The translations under genes were made by a program, and so were the position numbers. Shown one piece after another: positions 62,406-64,000 of a DNA stretch of 64,000 nt. Each line of letters starts with the position of its first letter. Position 1 is the first letter of the stretch. The stretch is from positions 177,067-241,066 of the forward strand of contig DATKWK010000035.1 in the NCBI GenBank assembly GCA_035529595.1, given 5' to 3'. The notes under the pieces are model-generated. The model saw nothing but the letters and a program-made list of their open reading frames with translations, did not search any database and had not been told where the DNA came from. Source of the DNA: Candidatus Bathyarchaeia archaeon. GTDB lineage: Bacteria; Patescibacteriota; Microgenomatia; PFEM01; JAFGMK01.

Positions 62406-63506
62406 CTAAGCCGAGGACGGGCTGGGCCATATCTTTGCCTCCTTTTCCTGATAACGAACCGCTTTATGCCAGCGCATTAGAAAATCGCCTCCCAAGACTA
62501 CCTTGAGGAAACTTTTTAAATAAAGCAAACTGCTTAAAGCCCTTATCAAATAAAACTGGGGAATGAAGTAAAAGATTTTCCAAGTTCCGTTTTTCCAGGC
62601 GGTATAAAAAAGAGTCGGAATCAGAAATAAAAACAGATCGGCCAAAAAAGGAACCACCAGCAAAGCCGGATTTTTCAATAAAATCCAGGGGCCGACAAAA
62701 AGGAGAAACAAAACCAGAAAACTATTTAAAAGTCCCTCGCTGGCTAAAAGCGCTACTTCCAAATCCAAGCGCTGGCCGCCCCAGGGAATCTGGTGCTTGG
62801 CGACACATTGCCAGAAACCGGTATACCAACGGTCAGCCTGTTTGACAAAATCGGTCAAATTTCCCGGATCCTGGGTCACAACCTGGGCTTTCTCGGCATA
62901 AGCGATCCTGCCTAAGTTACGGCGGTGAATTTCAAAAGTGAAATCCATATCTTCGGTAATCGTCTCAGCCGGAATCCGGACCCGGGCAAAAATCTGGGCC
63001 CGGTAAACGGTAGCGCAGCCCGGACAGACAATAATCGAGCCGATTTTTTCCTGGGCTTTTTTATAAACGGCTTGCGAAATTTCGTATTCCCATAACCGGT
63101 AACTGGTGATCCAGGAATGATTTTTCCCCAGCACCTTACCGACAACGCAGGCTAATTTTTGCTGCCGATCTCCTTCTAAAACCTTTAAAGTTTCCGGAAT
63201 AAAGTCAGCGGTAATAATCGTATCGGCATCCATTGGCATCAGAAACCGATAACGCCGGGCCAGCTTGAATTTCCGAATCGCTAAGTTGGTCGCCCGGGCT
63301 TTACCCAAGTTCCGGGAAAGCACTAAAATCCGGGAACCGGGCAGGTATTTGGCGGCCACCTGAGCCGTTTTGTCCGAGGAACCGTCGTCAATCACATAAA
63401 TATCCTCCGGGCAAATCAGCTCAAGAATCGCCCGCAAGGTTCTTTCCAGAATAACTGCTTCGTTATAGGCCGGAATTAAAACTGCCAGTTGACGCTTTTT
63501 AGCCAT
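62406..63506 (-). CDS. processive family-2 glycosyltransferase (PgaC/IcaA/chitin-synthase-like, QxxRW motif) with C-terminal TM helices
   Basis: ORF 62406..63539; probable start ATG 63506 (MAKKRQLAVLIPAYNEAVILERTL...) preceded by SD GGAGG. ...DDGSSDKT...MPMDADT...QADRWYTGFWQ (Q-x-x-R-W), then 3-4 TM helices. Confidence 0.7.
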   Translation of the reverse strand: MAKKRQLAVLIPAYNEAVILERTLRAILELICPEDIYVIDDGSSDKTAQVAAKYLPGSRILVLSRNLGKARATNLAIRKFKLARRYRFLMPMDADTIITADFIPETLKVLEGDRQQKLACVVGKVLGKNHSWITSYRLWEYEISQAVYKKAQEKIGSIIVCPGCATVYRAQIFARVRIPAETITEDMDFTFEIHRRNLGRIAYAEKAQVVTQDPGNLTDFVKQADRWYTGFWQCVAKHQIPWGGQRLDLEVALLASEGLLNSFLVLFLLFVGPWILLKNPALLVVPFLADLFLFLIPTLFYTAWKNGTWKIFYFIPQFYLIRALSSLLYLKSFLKVVLGGDFLMRWHKAVRYQEKEAKIWPSPSSA

Positions 63507-64000
63507 TACCAACCTCCAAAACCTGGCTTGGTAAAACAACCGATAAGCCGGATGATTTAATTTCAGTGATTATTCCTTCAAACTTTTCCGGAGCAACTCC
63601 ATATCTGGCGTCTTCCTTATCCACCTGATGAAAAATAAAAATTAACCAACTGCGGCTGTTTTTTGCTTCATGAAGCCAGCCGCGGATTTCCTCAAGAGAA
63701 GTGCTTTCTTCAATTCCGAAAGCCTTAAGCGAATAGGGCTCTTCCACCGGCAGCGGATTAAAACCGCCGTCGCTGGTCCGCAGAGAACGGTAATATTTTT
63801 GGGCAAATTCCCCGGTCCTTGAGGAAATCAAACCGCAAGGAGCCACAAAATGACCAGGCCGGAAACCTTCATTGATAAGTTCCTGACGGGAACGGTAAAA
63901 TTCAAGTTCCGCCTGAGAATCGGCTATCTGACCGTCGTCGCAATAATGGCTGACTCCGTGGGAGGTAATTTCCCAACCCTTTTTCTGCAAATCTCTCAAT
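63499..64000 (-). CDS. polysaccharide deacetylase (CE4/NodB homology), C-terminal part; gene start lies beyond the window end
   Basis: 166-aa fragment; ...KKGWEITSHGVSH... (NodB H-x-x-x-x-H zinc-motif region) and hydrophobic core blocks; 8-nt overlap with the downstream GT2. Confidence 0.55.
   Translation of the reverse strand, partial: LRDLQKKGWEITSHGVSHYCDDGQIADSQAELEFYRSRQELINEGFRPGHFVAPCGLISSRTGEFAQKYYRSLRTSDGGFNPLPVEEPYSLKAFGIEESTSLEEIRGWLHEAKNSRSWLIFIFHQVDKEDARYGVAPEKFEGIITEIKSSGLSVVLPSQVLEVGNG

Noticed and set aside
1-64000. Search for CRISPR arrays, transposases/IS elements, integrases, phage genes and toxin-antitoxin pairs.
   Set aside because: There are no direct-repeat/spacer arrays and no DDE/HUH or tyrosine/serine recombinase signatures in any translated ORF. 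Despite heavy paralogy, the island shows no recognisable mobile-element boundaries. The only repeats are coding tandem repeats and the 49.7 kb inverted repeat.

Overview
This 64 kb window has a low-to-moderate GC and is densely coding, mostly on the minus strand. Roughly 48 kb (1 to ~48,150) is one very large cell-surface glycosylation island. Many genes abut with ATGA-type stop/start overlaps, which suggests long co-transcribed operons. By my manual reading of the ORF translations, it contains:

- A CDP-hexose precursor module at the left edge: a partial CDP-glucose 4,6-dehydratase, an SDR epimerase/dehydratase, and glucose-1-phosphate cytidylyltransferase (RfbF).
- About 16 GT-A type glycosyltransferases (GT2 and GT4 families). 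At least six are DPM1/CsbB/ArnC-like polyprenyl-phosphate sugar synthases, one with a fused GtrA-like C-terminal domain.
- At least 15 large polytopic GT-C-like membrane proteins: ArnT/PMT (GT39/GT83)-like with the DE loop motif, YfhO family, PIG-V/GT76-like, and an unclassified paralog pair sharing a GHDGLWH...NYHYF motif. Several sit in tandem paralog arrays, including one truncated copy and one copy with a degenerate catalytic motif.
- Two MOP/Wzx-type flippases, a B12-binding radical-SAM enzyme, an MTA phosphorylase plus APRT salvage pair, and a type-1 IPP isomerase.

Downstream (48-64 kb):

- Housekeeping genes trmD, rtcB, an MBL-fold hydrolase and a LemA/TPM pair.
- A sortase with candidate substrates. 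One is an FN3 protein with a Pro/Thr-rich linker. The others are a 958-aa low-complexity repeat protein and a small secreted protein carrying the same repeat unit.
- A partial CE4 deacetylase, a processive GT2 (QxxRW) and a GH18, consistent with a chitin/PNAG-like polymer module.

No rRNA, tRNA, CRISPR or transposase was recognisable. The organism is probably an uncultivated monoderm-like bacterium, possibly Patescibacteria/CPR-like; this is an inference only.

All functional calls are from motif-level reading of the translations without database searches.
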